IMG/VR virus record: IMGVR_UViG_3300021963_000060
Coordinates: 35,523 to 99,522 of that record
Direction: 5' to 3' (one strand)
Length of the DNA stretch: 64,000 nucleotides
Source: a virus
A program made the translations under genes and the position numbers. Below the pieces are notes generated by a model. It was not told the origin of the DNA, searched no databases, and was given only the letters and a program-made list of their open reading frames with translations. Positions 9,477 through 19,683 of the stretch are shown piece by piece (position 1 is the stretch's first letter; the number at the start of each line of letters is the position of its first letter).

Positions 9477-11148
9477 TTTCTCCACCTTTGGGTTCTTTAA
9501 CTTGGGTGACTTTTCCATCTGCCTCCAAATCTGGTTCCATAACTGGTTGACCTAAATCCATTCCAGCAGCTCCTGGATCCATTGGAGCTCCTGTTTGAGG
9601 ATCTATAGGTGCATTTGGATCCGCAATAATTCCTTCTTCAATTTCATTTTTAATTAGTTCATCTTGTTCAATTATTTCTTGATCAGTTTGACGAAGAATC
9701 TTACTTCTTACATAATTTTGAGAGAAATACTTCCCAACATAAGGTTCTGCAGTTGCTACTAAGTTTAGTCTTTCCGTTAGAAGTTCAGCATCCTTCAATT
9801 CTGAAAAATGATTATCATATAGGAAGTCATACTGAATATGATCTGCCATTTTCTCCCAATCTTCTGGAGTTATGATATTCTTCAAAATCAATTGAGTTTT
9901 TAACATGTCGTTAAACATGTTAGAGAATCTCTTTCTCAATCTTCCCACAAATTTAGTGAACTTAAGTTCATCTCTTAAAATTTCTGAAGAGCGACCAAGA
10001 TTAAAACCGCCTTCACCGTCCATTCTAGATGGTGGAACATTTAGAGAGCGATATAATTTCTTCTTAAAATATTCTACGTCAGTGAGTTCTCCAAGATTTT
10101 GACCTCCGGGAAGTGTAGTGATTTCAGTTCCTCTACCACCTTCACGACGAGGAAGCCAGAAATCCTCAAGCATACTCATGAACTTCTTATCATCACGAAT
10201 CTCACCAGTACTTGCATCATAAACAAGTTTGTTACGATAACGCATCATAACATCTCTGAGATATTGTTCTGCTTTTACCTTGGGAAGATTACCTACATCG
10301 ATGTAGAAGATTCTTCTTTCTGGCGCTCTAGAAAGTCTATAAATTACAAGAGAATCTTCAATCATACGAAGTTGATTGAGAGATTTAATTGCTTTGTTTA
10401 AATATGATAAACAAATTCCTTTGTTTCTGTCTACTAATCCTGAAGTGCAATATGTTACAGCATCTCTAGAGATTTTAACTCCACCTCCTCCAGTAGAAGA
10501 TTGATTTCCTCCTCCAGGGCCAACGGGATATGATGCTTTTGGAGTATAAACAAAATACTCCTCAATTTCTGGGAACTCGAAATCATCAGAGTCAAAACCA
10601 TTTTTTATAGTTCTTACTCCAGACTTATTTTCCTTTTTCTTTTCTTTTCTGATATATCTCATCTTTAGAGAATCAATATATCTTAATTCTTGAATACCAT
10701 CATGTGGATTCTTAAAATCAATTACCTTATGATAATAAAGTCTTCCATCAATATACCAGTTTCTATAAATTTCGTGAGCTTTTTTATCGAAATCTAGTAG
10801 TTCTAGTAAGTATTTGAATTCTTCTCTTATTTTCTTTTTGATTCCATCACTCGCATTCAAATTAGAAAGTTCTATCTGAACGGGAGTATCATTTGAATCT
10901 GATACTATTGCTTCGTTTACGATATCTTCAATGGCGCTATCTACTTCTGGATGAAGCGCCATTTCTCTGTATCTTTTAATTAAATCAAACTCTGATCTAT
11001 ATACACCTTCTATATCAACATAAGACCCAAAAAAACCACTTGTCAAATAATGATCAACCCCATCCTCATTATTTTGAGGGATGGGGGATACTACCGATGG
11101 TGATTGAGAATTTGTGTCCTCTATAGAGAAACCAAATAATCTAGACAT
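9472..11148 (-). CDS. g20: Portal vertex protein gp20
   Basis: WYIDGR, YRLSRAPERRIFYIDVGNLP, EDFWLPRREGGRGTEITTLPGG. Confidence 0.98.
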   Translation of the reverse strand: MSRLFGFSIEDTNSQSPSVVSPIPQNNEDGVDHYLTSGFFGSYVDIEGVYRSEFDLIKRYREMALHPEVDSAIEDIVNEAIVSDSNDTPVQIELSNLNASDGIKKKIREEFKYLLELLDFDKKAHEIYRNWYIDGRLYYHKVIDFKNPHDGIQELRYIDSLKMRYIRKEKKKENKSGVRTIKNGFDSDDFEFPEIEEYFVYTPKASYPVGPGGGNQSSTGGGGVKISRDAVTYCTSGLVDRNKGICLSYLNKAIKSLNQLRMIEDSLVIYRLSRAPERRIFYIDVGNLPKVKAEQYLRDVMMRYRNKLVYDASTGEIRDDKKFMSMLEDFWLPRREGGRGTEITTLPGGQNLGELTDVEYFKKKLYRSLNVPPSRMDGEGGFNLGRSSEILRDELKFTKFVGRLRKRFSNMFNDMLKTQLILKNIITPEDWEKMADHIQYDFLYDNHFSELKDAELLTERLNLVATAEPYVGKYFSQNYVRSKILRQTDQEIIEQDELIKNEIEEGIIADPNAPIDPQTGAPMDPGAAGMDLGQPVMEPDLEADGKVTQVKEPKGGEI

Positions 11149-11175
11149 TATTTAAAAATTATCGTAACCTTCTTC

Positions 11176-11183
11176 TATTTATA
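11176..11183 (-). promoter_or_regulatory. T4-type late promoter (g20)
   Basis: TATAAATA overlapping the g19 stop. Confidence 0.75.
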
Positions 11184-11829
11184 GAAGACTTCCAGGACCA
11201 TCACCGATTTCAAAGTATTGAACTTGGAATTCAACAGTGAATTCTTCGATGGTGTCTGAAGTATCGTATGATAAGTCAATCTGTGAGATATTTGTTGGGA
11301 AAATATCGTAGAACTTGTATGATCTTAGTACAGTTGCTTGACCTTCTCCAGTAGCACCAAATCCAGGACCTTGTGCATTAACTGAATTGATTACCTTTGT
11401 TCCTTCTTTCTTGTCGCTTCTTCCTAGTTGATAAACACTAGCATTTCTCATATAAGATGCTGGGTTGGTAGCACCTGTAGCATTATCTAGTTTGCTGAGT
11501 AGGTTCATCCATGCCTCAAAAGCATGTCTTAGTTTGAAGTCTTCGTCATTGATTACAGTAACAGTCCAAGTATCGAAAGTTCTATCACCAGCAACTTTAA
11601 GAATTCTTCCTCTAAAGGGAACATCAATTGGTGCTACGTTTGATGCTGGGAGAGCAGCAGACTTGCAGAGAAATCTGAAGTCAGTTTGTGCCTCACTATC
11701 CCAGATAGCACCAATTTCTGCGGGGAAATCATCGAGAGCAACTTCGAATAGATTAGGTCTAGCACCGCCTCCAGCTAATCTTGTCTTGAAGGCGGAAATA
11801 TTTTTGATTGATGGTCCGTTAGCAGCCAT
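11179..11829 (-). CDS. g19: Tail tube protein gp19
   Basis: GGARPNLFEV, FRGRILKVAGDRTFDTW, IEEFTVEF. Confidence 0.96.
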   Translation of the reverse strand: MAANGPSIKNISAFKTRLAGGGARPNLFEVALDDFPAEIGAIWDSEAQTDFRFLCKSAALPASNVAPIDVPFRGRILKVAGDRTFDTWTVTVINDEDFKLRHAFEAWMNLLSKLDNATGATNPASYMRNASVYQLGRSDKKEGTKVINSVNAQGPGFGATGEGQATVLRSYKFYDIFPTNISQIDLSYDTSDTIEEFTVEFQVQYFEIGDGPGSLL

Positions 11830-11868
11830 TTTAGGGTCCTCCTATTGTAATTAATTTAGAATTTAGAA

Positions 11869-14073
11869 TTAAACTCTTCCAACAACTTCTTCAAATGAAA
11901 CTCCTGTTCTAGTAGCAACAAATGTTAGTGTTACATAGTTAATTGATTTAGCTGGTTTTAGGAAAATATCAGCTCTGAATTCATTATTATCGATTACGTC
12001 AGGAGTATTGTTTGATTCATCACATACAACTAGGAAACCGTATAGGCCTCTCTTAGCTTGAACCTCTCTCAGATAAGGTTCTACTATGTTAACAAAGTTT
12101 GCTCTGGTGATTTCATCGTTCAACTCAAATAGTTGTGCTTGTGCAGTTCTCTCTAGAGCCTGCTCAACTGTTAAGAATAGTCTTCTAACGTTAATTCTAT
12201 CAAAGGCAGAAGAATAACCGAGAGCGGTCTTATCACCGAATAATATAATTCCAATTCCTGGTTGATTAACTATTGAATTAATTCTCTTAGGATAAAGTTG
12301 ATCTCTCTGTGCCTTCGATGGGTTATATGCAAGTTTAATTGCATTATTGAGGACACCTCTTTGTTGTCCTGCAGGAGAGAACCATGGATAAGAATTAATA
12401 CTTGTTCTTACGCATAGACCCGCAATATCTGCATTGCATGGTACATATCTGAATAGATTGTTGAATCTATCGTAAGTGTACTTATATCCAGTATCGAAGA
12501 TTGCGTATGATGAAGAGGATAGAGGACTAAAGAACTCAATGATATTATCAGTTTGAGTATCTGCATTTCCTACATCAATTACGTCTCCTCTGTGAGGAGA
12601 AATAACGGCCATACAATCTTTTCTATTAGATGCTAGGGAAATCAGTTCGTTTGCTTTTGCCTGACTTTCAAACTTGTTTGTTAGGCCAGGACCCATGATT
12701 AAGTAATCAACTTCAATATCTCTATTTCCAAATAACTTGTATGAAGTAATTAGGTCACCTAGAGTTGCCTTCATTCCACCTTCATTATTAGCACCAGAGT
12801 AATCTTTACCACCCTGGAGAGAATAAGTTACGTTTCCGATGGAACTGAATGTTACTCCTTGTGCAGGTTGGTTCCAAGAACCATCTGCTTCTCCGATTCT
12901 TTCCCAAGTAGTTTTTCCATCAACAACTTCAAAACCACCAGGTACTGGTGCAGTATTGTTGTAAGTATCTACTCCAGTAGAAGGATTATCACCTGCATAA
13001 ATGAAACTTGAGTAGTTTGCTATGTAATTCTTCCACCATGTCTTTTGTGGAGCATTTACTTGTGATACTGAGTCAAATGCCTTTGAGATGAAGAGATGCT
13101 TCTCAAGAAGGTTACCTTGAATTCCAGTTACCTTTCCTTCGTCATCAACGATTACAACGTGCATTGCATCGTTCTTACCACTTCTCTCTAGAACATAATT
13201 ATTAGTGATTGGTTTTGGTGCAATAGACTTCCAGAATAAAGTCGTATTGCTTAGTGTTAGAGTCTGTTGATCATACCAATCTACAACATCGGTGACTGTT
13301 TGAGCCATTCCGACATATGAACCAAGTTGGTCACGGAATCTTAGAGTATCACCTTCTAGGAAAGAATTAGTTCTGCTTCTTTCTGCATAATCTACAAATG
13401 TTTCTGCACCACTTGAAGAAACTCTAGAAATGATTCTTACATCAATCTTTGATTTTCCAGTAGCAGAAGTTGTTACTCCAGTAACAATACCTTTGATATA
13501 ACCACTGAAGAGTTCTGTTGCACCTACTCCAGCTCTTACGCTATTGATCCCTACAGTTACACCAGCACCAATAACTGCACCAATTCCTGCTGGGTTAGTA
13601 GTTGCAATCCCGATTGTTTGGTCTGCTAAATCGTCAATTACACAAATCTTTAGGGAATTTGCCCAAGTTCCTGGGTTCTTAGCAGCAAAGATGTAGTCTG
13701 CTACGTCATCTGCCCAATTTGAGTTATAATCGTCAAAGTTCTTAATCTTAACAGCATCTGAGTAGGAAATTCCTACACCAGCGTTTGCGTTGTTTAGAAA
13801 CTCACCATCAGTTCTTACTACTTTTAGAACACCACCATAACTAAGGAATGAGGAAGCACTCATCCAGTATTCGTATTGTGCATCTACTGAGCGTGGCTTA
13901 CCGAATACATTAATTAGTTCTTGCTCGGTGGTAATATCAACTGGCTCATCGACTGGACCTTGTGCATATGGACCAGCAATCGCTCCGATGTTATCTAAAA
14001 CATTATCAGCTCTTCCTACCGTTAAATCAACTTCTCTGACGAGTACGCCCGGAGATAATTGAGGAGTCGCCAT
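11869..14073 (-). CDS. g18: Tail sheath protein gp18
   Basis: LSPGVLVREVDLT, PWFSPAG, FDRINVRRLF, KPAKSINYVTLTF. Confidence 0.97.
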   Translation of the reverse strand: MATPQLSPGVLVREVDLTVGRADNVLDNIGAIAGPYAQGPVDEPVDITTEQELINVFGKPRSVDAQYEYWMSASSFLSYGGVLKVVRTDGEFLNNANAGVGISYSDAVKIKNFDDYNSNWADDVADYIFAAKNPGTWANSLKICVIDDLADQTIGIATTNPAGIGAVIGAGVTVGINSVRAGVGATELFSGYIKGIVTGVTTSATGKSKIDVRIISRVSSSGAETFVDYAERSRTNSFLEGDTLRFRDQLGSYVGMAQTVTDVVDWYDQQTLTLSNTTLFWKSIAPKPITNNYVLERSGKNDAMHVVIVDDEGKVTGIQGNLLEKHLFISKAFDSVSQVNAPQKTWWKNYIANYSSFIYAGDNPSTGVDTYNNTAPVPGGFEVVDGKTTWERIGEADGSWNQPAQGVTFSSIGNVTYSLQGGKDYSGANNEGGMKATLGDLITSYKLFGNRDIEVDYLIMGPGLTNKFESQAKANELISLASNRKDCMAVISPHRGDVIDVGNADTQTDNIIEFFSPLSSSSYAIFDTGYKYTYDRFNNLFRYVPCNADIAGLCVRTSINSYPWFSPAGQQRGVLNNAIKLAYNPSKAQRDQLYPKRINSIVNQPGIGIILFGDKTALGYSSAFDRINVRRLFLTVEQALERTAQAQLFELNDEITRANFVNIVEPYLREVQAKRGLYGFLVVCDESNNTPDVIDNNEFRADIFLKPAKSINYVTLTFVATRTGVSFEEVVGRV

Positions 14074-14107
14074 GTTTTTCTCCTGAAATTCTCAGTTTAT
14101 CTGAAAA

Positions 14108-14114
14108 TATTTAT
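14108..14114 (-). promoter_or_regulatory. Late promoter (g18)
   Basis: ATAAATA ~35 nt upstream of the g18 start. Confidence 0.65.
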
Positions 14115-14154
14115 TAAAACCTATATTTTCAGGTGATAAAACAGTGCATGAACA

Positions 14155-14382
14155 TCACCAGTCAGGATATTCCCACATTACTTCTTTATTTTTCTTTTTT
14201 CTTGAGCTTATTACCCTTTTTATAGAGCAAGATTTGCATTCATATGAATATGAAGATGGTTGATATTTATTTTTTCTTGTTCGATAAAATCCATCAATAA
14301 GATCTTTTACTTCACCACATGTTCTACATGTTCTTTCTGTGAGGTATAAGTGTTCTACCTGAAAATGATCATCGACATCCAT
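14155..14382 (-). CDS. Small Zn-finger-like protein (CxxC...CxxC)
   Basis: CRTC and CKSC motifs; probable start MDVDD at 14382, with TAATG overlap on the g17 stop. Confidence 0.7.
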   Translation of the reverse strand: MDVDDHFQVEHLYLTERTCRTCGEVKDLIDGFYRTRKNKYQPSSYSYECKSCSIKRVISSRKKKNKEVMWEYPDW

Positions 14383-16025
14383 TAGACATAATCCCACATA
14401 TAAGACATGTTTCCATATTCATCGGAATACCAGCGATCTCCATTATCATCCACAAAACTATCATTTTCTGTACCATTAACAATAAATCCAAATGGAGACA
14501 TATCTTGTTCTATTTGATTCTTTTGTTCTTCATATAGTCTTTTTCTTATGTCTTGATCAGTCAGTTCTTTAAAATAGTCTTGAGCAACTAACCAAGCATA
14601 GATTACTAGACACATAGCAAGGTCATCATTACAACCATCTTCTGCTTCAAATGAATTTCCCTTTTGAATAAAAGTCGTTAGTTCACTTATGATCTCATAA
14701 TCTGAGAATAATAATTTACCTTCTTCAATTAATGTTTTTAAATTTAAGCATCCAACTTTCTTAACGGTCTTGGACATCTTAACTCCAAGTTGAGTTTTCT
14801 TTCCAGAAAATCCCTGACCAACAATTTGACCTGCCCTACCTCTCATAGAGCACATAAGAACATTTTGATATTCTAGATCATAGTTTAAAATTGAAGCCAC
14901 CTGATCTCCAATATCATTTACTTCGCATAGTATATAAGCATTATTGTAATTTTTAGCTACTTCGTATATAATTGAAGGAAAGAGCATAGGTTTTATTTCA
15001 TTATTCCTATACTTTGCTACAACTTTATGGGGGAATTGAGTTATATCGGTAACTACGAAAGCAGAATAATCATTTCCAACTCCCCTAGCAACGTCCACCG
15101 TAATTATGTAATCATGCTCTTCATTTCTTTCTTCATAAACATCAAGTCCAGCATTTCTTAAGATTGGGTTATCATAAACCATCGTTCTAAGTTTGGATGG
15201 TGATATTAGAGTATCAACTGATCCCAAAAATTCACACTCAAACTCTACTTTAAACTGTTGTTCAGAAGTATTAGCTATAGTCTGCTCTTTCCACTTAGCA
15301 TCCCTACCAGGAACTTCACTCCAATGAACATCGGTGGGAATATATTCATTCTTACTTCTTTCAGCATCATGCCATATTTTATAAAAATGATTCATCCCAT
15401 GAGGGGTTGAAACAATAATTACCTTAGTGTTTTTACCAGATGAAATAGTAGGATAAACAGAACTGAAAAACTGATCAGCAATGTGGTTAGGAATAAACGC
15501 AAATTCGTCCAGGAATATAATATTATAAGAGCCACCGCGTACCGCAGAGGCGCTAGTAGAAGCAGCAATAATTTTTGACCCATTTTCTAACTCCAGAGAT
15601 GCTTTGTTCCAAGTCATTACACCCTGTTGTAACCACTTGGGTAAATTTTCGTATGCAGTTTGTAAACGATCTAATAAATCTTTTGCAGTAGATGCCTTGT
15701 TAGCAAGAATAGCAATATTTACATTATCATTAAAAATTGCATAGTGAAGGAGATATGATACAACAATAGTTGACTTACCAGACTGTCTAGGTAACTTGCA
15801 AATATTGAAACGATGATTATGAAATCTATCGATCATCAACTCTTGGAATTTATATGGTTTAAACGGTTGTAGACCATAATCCAAGGTAACGATCTGAATA
15901 TAATTTTTTGCAAAGTATATTGGATCGTCCTGACATTTAGCAAATTCTAAAACTTGCTCTTCAGTAAATTCTACAACCGTATTCGCCTTCTTTAATAAGG
16001 GATTACCAAGATAATGATCAGCCAT
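14382..16025 (-). CDS. g17: Terminase large subunit gp17
   Basis: YLGNPLLK, Walker A PRQSGKS, Walker B IIFLDEFAF, STPHG, nuclease DVARG and DDLAM. Confidence 0.98.
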   Translation of the reverse strand: MADHYLGNPLLKKANTVVEFTEEQVLEFAKCQDDPIYFAKNYIQIVTLDYGLQPFKPYKFQELMIDRFHNHRFNICKLPRQSGKSTIVVSYLLHYAIFNDNVNIAILANKASTAKDLLDRLQTAYENLPKWLQQGVMTWNKASLELENGSKIIAASTSASAVRGGSYNIIFLDEFAFIPNHIADQFFSSVYPTISSGKNTKVIIVSTPHGMNHFYKIWHDAERSKNEYIPTDVHWSEVPGRDAKWKEQTIANTSEQQFKVEFECEFLGSVDTLISPSKLRTMVYDNPILRNAGLDVYEERNEEHDYIITVDVARGVGNDYSAFVVTDITQFPHKVVAKYRNNEIKPMLFPSIIYEVAKNYNNAYILCEVNDIGDQVASILNYDLEYQNVLMCSMRGRAGQIVGQGFSGKKTQLGVKMSKTVKKVGCLNLKTLIEEGKLLFSDYEIISELTTFIQKGNSFEAEDGCNDDLAMCLVIYAWLVAQDYFKELTDQDIRKRLYEEQKNQIEQDMSPFGFIVNGTENDSFVDDNGDRWYSDEYGNMSYMWDYV

Positions 16026-16056
16026 GATTTAATTTTTTTTATGTTTTTTTATAGTA

Positions 16057-17748
16057 TCAGCAATTCCAAGCTCTAAGTGACTTATTGATTCTGCTATCGG
16101 GATCGTTAGCAGTTTTTGCACTTGTTAGTTTTGATTTCATTCCCTTCATTCTGGCGCAAAATGACGCCCTGCGGGGATTTCCAACCTTCTTTGAAGGTGC
16201 CTTAAGGTCGCTTCCAGGATTCTCACGCTCATAAGATTTGCGTCCTTTTTCATTTAGACCGCCCTCTTTATTTTTTCCCGATTCACGAGTCCATGCGGCA
16301 GATTCTCCTAATTCTCCAAGTGCTTTTGCTTTGCGAATCTTCTTAGGATTCTTAAGTTTACCACCAGGATAGTTTCTTTCATCATTACCCTCAAAATCAG
16401 GATCTACATTAGCACGATGTCTTGCTGCTCTTTCAGGAGATGCTTTATCTGCGTGAATACCCGCTCTACGATTAGGAGCAATCTTATCTGCTGCTCTCTT
16501 TTCCTTCTGCTTCTGACGACTTCTTTGCTTTTTGAAGTCTTTTATCGTCATACCTTCTTCAATTTCAAACTCTTCTCCCATTGGTCTTATATAACCTTTA
16601 CTTGGTTTTGGGTTAGCACTGCTTCCTCCCTGAGGACCAACTGCTTGAATGAGAGCCTGTCCAGGTTGAATTTGAGAAATTGAATGATGAACTAAGCTGC
16701 AACCTGGATATACTTTTTGTAATTCATCAGTGACTTCTTTTCTGGAAGGTAATTTAGTTTGTGGGAAAAACATATTCATTGAATAATATTTTCCTCTCCA
16801 AAGCACAGTTGCTAGAATTACATTACCATTTTGCGCTTTCATTCTTGTTGTTGCCTCAGATACCATTGTTTTTTTGATATCTTCTGGTTTAATTAGATCA
16901 ATAAATTCTACAAACTTATTACCAAACATATCTTCAATTTCTAAACTTTCTGACTTAGTTTTTTTAGATTCTACTTTTTTTAACTTAGTGTAATAATCAG
17001 GAACTTCGTCCAAATGTTGTAATGCGGTTATTCTTGCTGCAGTTTTATCTGAAGTGTGCTCACCTTCAACTTTAATACCCATCTCTAATTGCTTTTTAAT
17101 TGCTTCTAGAGATACTCCATGCTTTTTAGCAATTTCTTTTGGTGACTTATATGCTTGTACAGGACCTTTTGGATCCTTTTCTTCTTTTACAGAACAATCT
17201 TTATAACCATGAACTGGACATCTTTTTTCTTTCTTAGATTTATTGCATTCACAACCTTCTTCTTGTAGAATCTTTTCAACTAAAGATAGTTCCTCTTTTT
17301 TAACAGTAGGCAAACTAACTGCTGCTGCTTTTTTCTTTTGAAGTTCTATTGCCTTTGGTCCCAATTGCTTAGCTGCATCTGGTGTTAGTGCTCCTGCACC
17401 AGAAGATTTTTTAACAGCAAAACTAATATCTTTTCCTTCAGGTACACAGTTAGGAACAGTTTTTTTACCTTTTTTCTTCATTCCAATCTGTTTGTATCCT
17501 TTCCAACATGCCTCATCAATTTCTTCATCGCTATCCAAATAGTCGGCCGCAGTATCAATATAGTCTGCTGCTTTAGTAATTTTCGATTGTACCCATGCAG
17601 GTAGTTGGGTATCTCCACTTTTTATTACTTTTTTTAATCTTTTTACAGATTTTTCAATTGTATCCATCTCATTATGAGCCATATATCCTTCATCATCCTT
17701 CCTTTTACCACTAGCAATTTCTTTGTGGTCTTCAGATAATCTTTTCAT
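16057..17748 (-). CDS. Modular Lys/Glu-rich protein, probable head-internal polyprotein
   Basis: Modules LPAWVQSKIT, CWKGY..VPNCVP, MGIKVEGEH and GGLNEKGRKSY..RRASFCARM, separated by xxE sites. Confidence 0.65.
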   Translation of the reverse strand: MKRLSEDHKEIASGKRKDDEGYMAHNEMDTIEKSVKRLKKVIKSGDTQLPAWVQSKITKAADYIDTAADYLDSDEEIDEACWKGYKQIGMKKKGKKTVPNCVPEGKDISFAVKKSSGAGALTPDAAKQLGPKAIELQKKKAAAVSLPTVKKEELSLVEKILQEEGCECNKSKKEKRCPVHGYKDCSVKEEKDPKGPVQAYKSPKEIAKKHGVSLEAIKKQLEMGIKVEGEHTSDKTAARITALQHLDEVPDYYTKLKKVESKKTKSESLEIEDMFGNKFVEFIDLIKPEDIKKTMVSEATTRMKAQNGNVILATVLWRGKYYSMNMFFPQTKLPSRKEVTDELQKVYPGCSLVHHSISQIQPGQALIQAVGPQGGSSANPKPSKGYIRPMGEEFEIEEGMTIKDFKKQRSRQKQKEKRAADKIAPNRRAGIHADKASPERAARHRANVDPDFEGNDERNYPGGKLKNPKKIRKAKALGELGESAAWTRESGKNKEGGLNEKGRKSYERENPGSDLKAPSKKVGNPRRASFCARMKGMKSKLTSAKTANDPDSRINKSLRAWNC

Positions 17749-17767
17749 TTCTTGGCTATACTTTTTT

Positions 17768-18136
17768 TTATTTATTATAAAACTTTATCTCAGAGTACTC
17801 TGACTCTGTTTCTTCATTTATTTTTCTCTTTATCTCAGATCTTCTATCATTATTTTTATATACACTTCTAGCTAAAGAAATAAATTCATCCCCAAAACTA
17901 TTCTGATCTTCAAGAAGTCTTATTCTATCTTCTATCGCCCATAGTGTTCTATTAATTTGCAACAACTCAGTTACATATTTTTCAATATAAACGTTTTCTT
18001 TTTTTGCAATTTTTATAAGATCATTTAATTCCTTCATTACATTTTCATTTTTGGTATGTTGATACTTAATAGAAAGAATTGATATCTTATCTAATAGTTC
18101 ACCAATTGATATTGGAATTAATGGGCATGAATTCAT
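17768..18136 (-). CDS. DUF6165-like helical protein
   Basis: ISIGELLDKISILSIK, LWAIEDRIR, ARSVYKNNDRRSEIKRKIN. Confidence 0.75.
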   Translation of the reverse strand: MNSCPLIPISIGELLDKISILSIKYQHTKNENVMKELNDLIKIAKKENVYIEKYVTELLQINRTLWAIEDRIRLLEDQNSFGDEFISLARSVYKNNDRRSEIKRKINEETESEYSEIKFYNK

Positions 18137-19683
18137 AGTGGATTATCTAAATTGAAATTATTTTTGATTAGGTCAATCAATTCTTTATTTTTAGAAGCAA
18201 CTCCAAGTCCAAAAGTGTGAGTAAAAGTTACTTTTGGTAAATCTAGTTCTTCAAAAAATCTTTTAACTCCATATTGATTACCATTTAGTTCTTCAACACA
18301 AGTATCATGGAAAAGTATTACTCCATTTTCTTTTAAAAATGGAACCCATTTCTCATAATCATTTTTTACTGATTCATAAGCATGATCTCCATCGATATGA
18401 AGTATATCAATTTTTTTATCCCAATCTTTAGCAACGTCATCAAATAAACCTTTGATAAAAGTCACGTTATCTTGCATGAAAAGTTTTTCTCTTTTACTTA
18501 AAACATACTCATAAGATCCATGATTACCACCTGTGAATTTATCTCCTTCAAATGTATCAATACCATAAACATGCCCAATACGAGGCATTGCAAAACAGAA
18601 TGTAGAGAATCCCCAATCAACTCCAAGGTCAACAGTAACTTCTGGTTTGATATAAGAAACTAACCACTCTGCAAAATTTCTATGACCTTTCCAACATGAA
18701 GGAATATCTTCCAAGTTAGTTAAGAATAATTTATCAATAGCAGCACTTCTTTCTGGAGAAGAAAGCATATTTGGATTAAATCCAGTTGTGAAAATTGTAA
18801 GGTTTGGATTATTTACTTTTTGCGAAAGTTCAAACATATATCCAAATGCTTGTGATAAATGAGAACCTCCCATATTCATAGATTCGCTTAATGCATGAAA
18901 TGCATAGTTCATTCCACTTTGAAAATCTCCAAGAGAGAACAAGATCTGACTGCATCGAATGAAAGTTGGTATTCTAAAACTATTAAAATATGGTTTTGAT
19001 ACGTTCAAAAATTCTTGGCCATATTCCAATGATTTTTCTAAATTTTGTACACTAAAATAGTGATTAAAAATAAACCAAATATAGTACCAATTGTTTGGAT
19101 CTTTTTTATATTCTCTCTCACAAATAGAAAAATAAAAAAGTTCTTTATCAACCGTTTTATTGAGTTTTTTAGTAATTTTGATAGTCGTATCTACACTTAC
19201 TTGATTTGGATATTTTTCTGTAGAAACAAAGTTTGGAACTTCGTGTACAGCATTGACCCAAGTGTAATTATTGGTTCTATGAAAACGAGGATGAACTTCA
19301 TTCGATTGGACTGGTTCATTTTTTCCATTATCATCAAATCTCAAATGATTAAAAGTAGTAAATTCTTCCGCAATTACACTAAATCCTTCTGGATGAAATT
19401 CATCAACATCTTCATTAAAATCCAGTGCGAAAGCCCAATCAGTTTCCACATAAGAAAGTGCCTGATTTCTTGCTACAGAGAAATCAAACTCTTCCTTTGT
19501 TTGTGGATGCTCGTAAACTTTAATATTAGATTCTTTTAATAGTTCAATTGTTCTATCAGTACTTCCAGTATCGACTACGACTACATCATCAAACTTTTTT
19601 GCATTTTGAAGAAATTTTTCTACATTCTTTTCTTCGTTTTTACAAATAGAATATAATGTTACTTTCATAAGTATGTACTCCAA
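18133..19683 (-). CDS. GT2-like glycosyltransferase / helical linker / class I SAM methyltransferase (Methyltransf_24-like) fusion
   Basis: N-terminal KNEE, VVDTGSTD, FDFSVARN; C-terminal VDLGVDWGFS, IDILHIDGDHAYE, ILFHD. Confidence 0.8.
   Translation of the reverse strand: MEYILMKVTLYSICKNEEKNVEKFLQNAKKFDDVVVVDTGSTDRTIELLKESNIKVYEHPQTKEEFDFSVARNQALSYVETDWAFALDFNEDVDEFHPEGFSVIAEEFTTFNHLRFDDNGKNEPVQSNEVHPRFHRTNNYTWVNAVHEVPNFVSTEKYPNQVSVDTTIKITKKLNKTVDKELFYFSICEREYKKDPNNWYYIWFIFNHYFSVQNLEKSLEYGQEFLNVSKPYFNSFRIPTFIRCSQILFSLGDFQSGMNYAFHALSESMNMGGSHLSQAFGYMFELSQKVNNPNLTIFTTGFNPNMLSSPERSAAIDKLFLTNLEDIPSCWKGHRNFAEWLVSYIKPEVTVDLGVDWGFSTFCFAMPRIGHVYGIDTFEGDKFTGGNHGSYEYVLSKREKLFMQDNVTFIKGLFDDVAKDWDKKIDILHIDGDHAYESVKNDYEKWVPFLKENGVILFHDTCVEELNGNQYGVKRFFEELDLPKVTFTHTFGLGVASKNKELIDLIKNNFNLDNPL

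Noticed and set aside
14382-16025. Inteins or introns in g17, g20, uvsW or g23
   Set aside because: Lengths are typical and reading frames uninterrupted, with no Hint or homing-endonuclease motifs noticed
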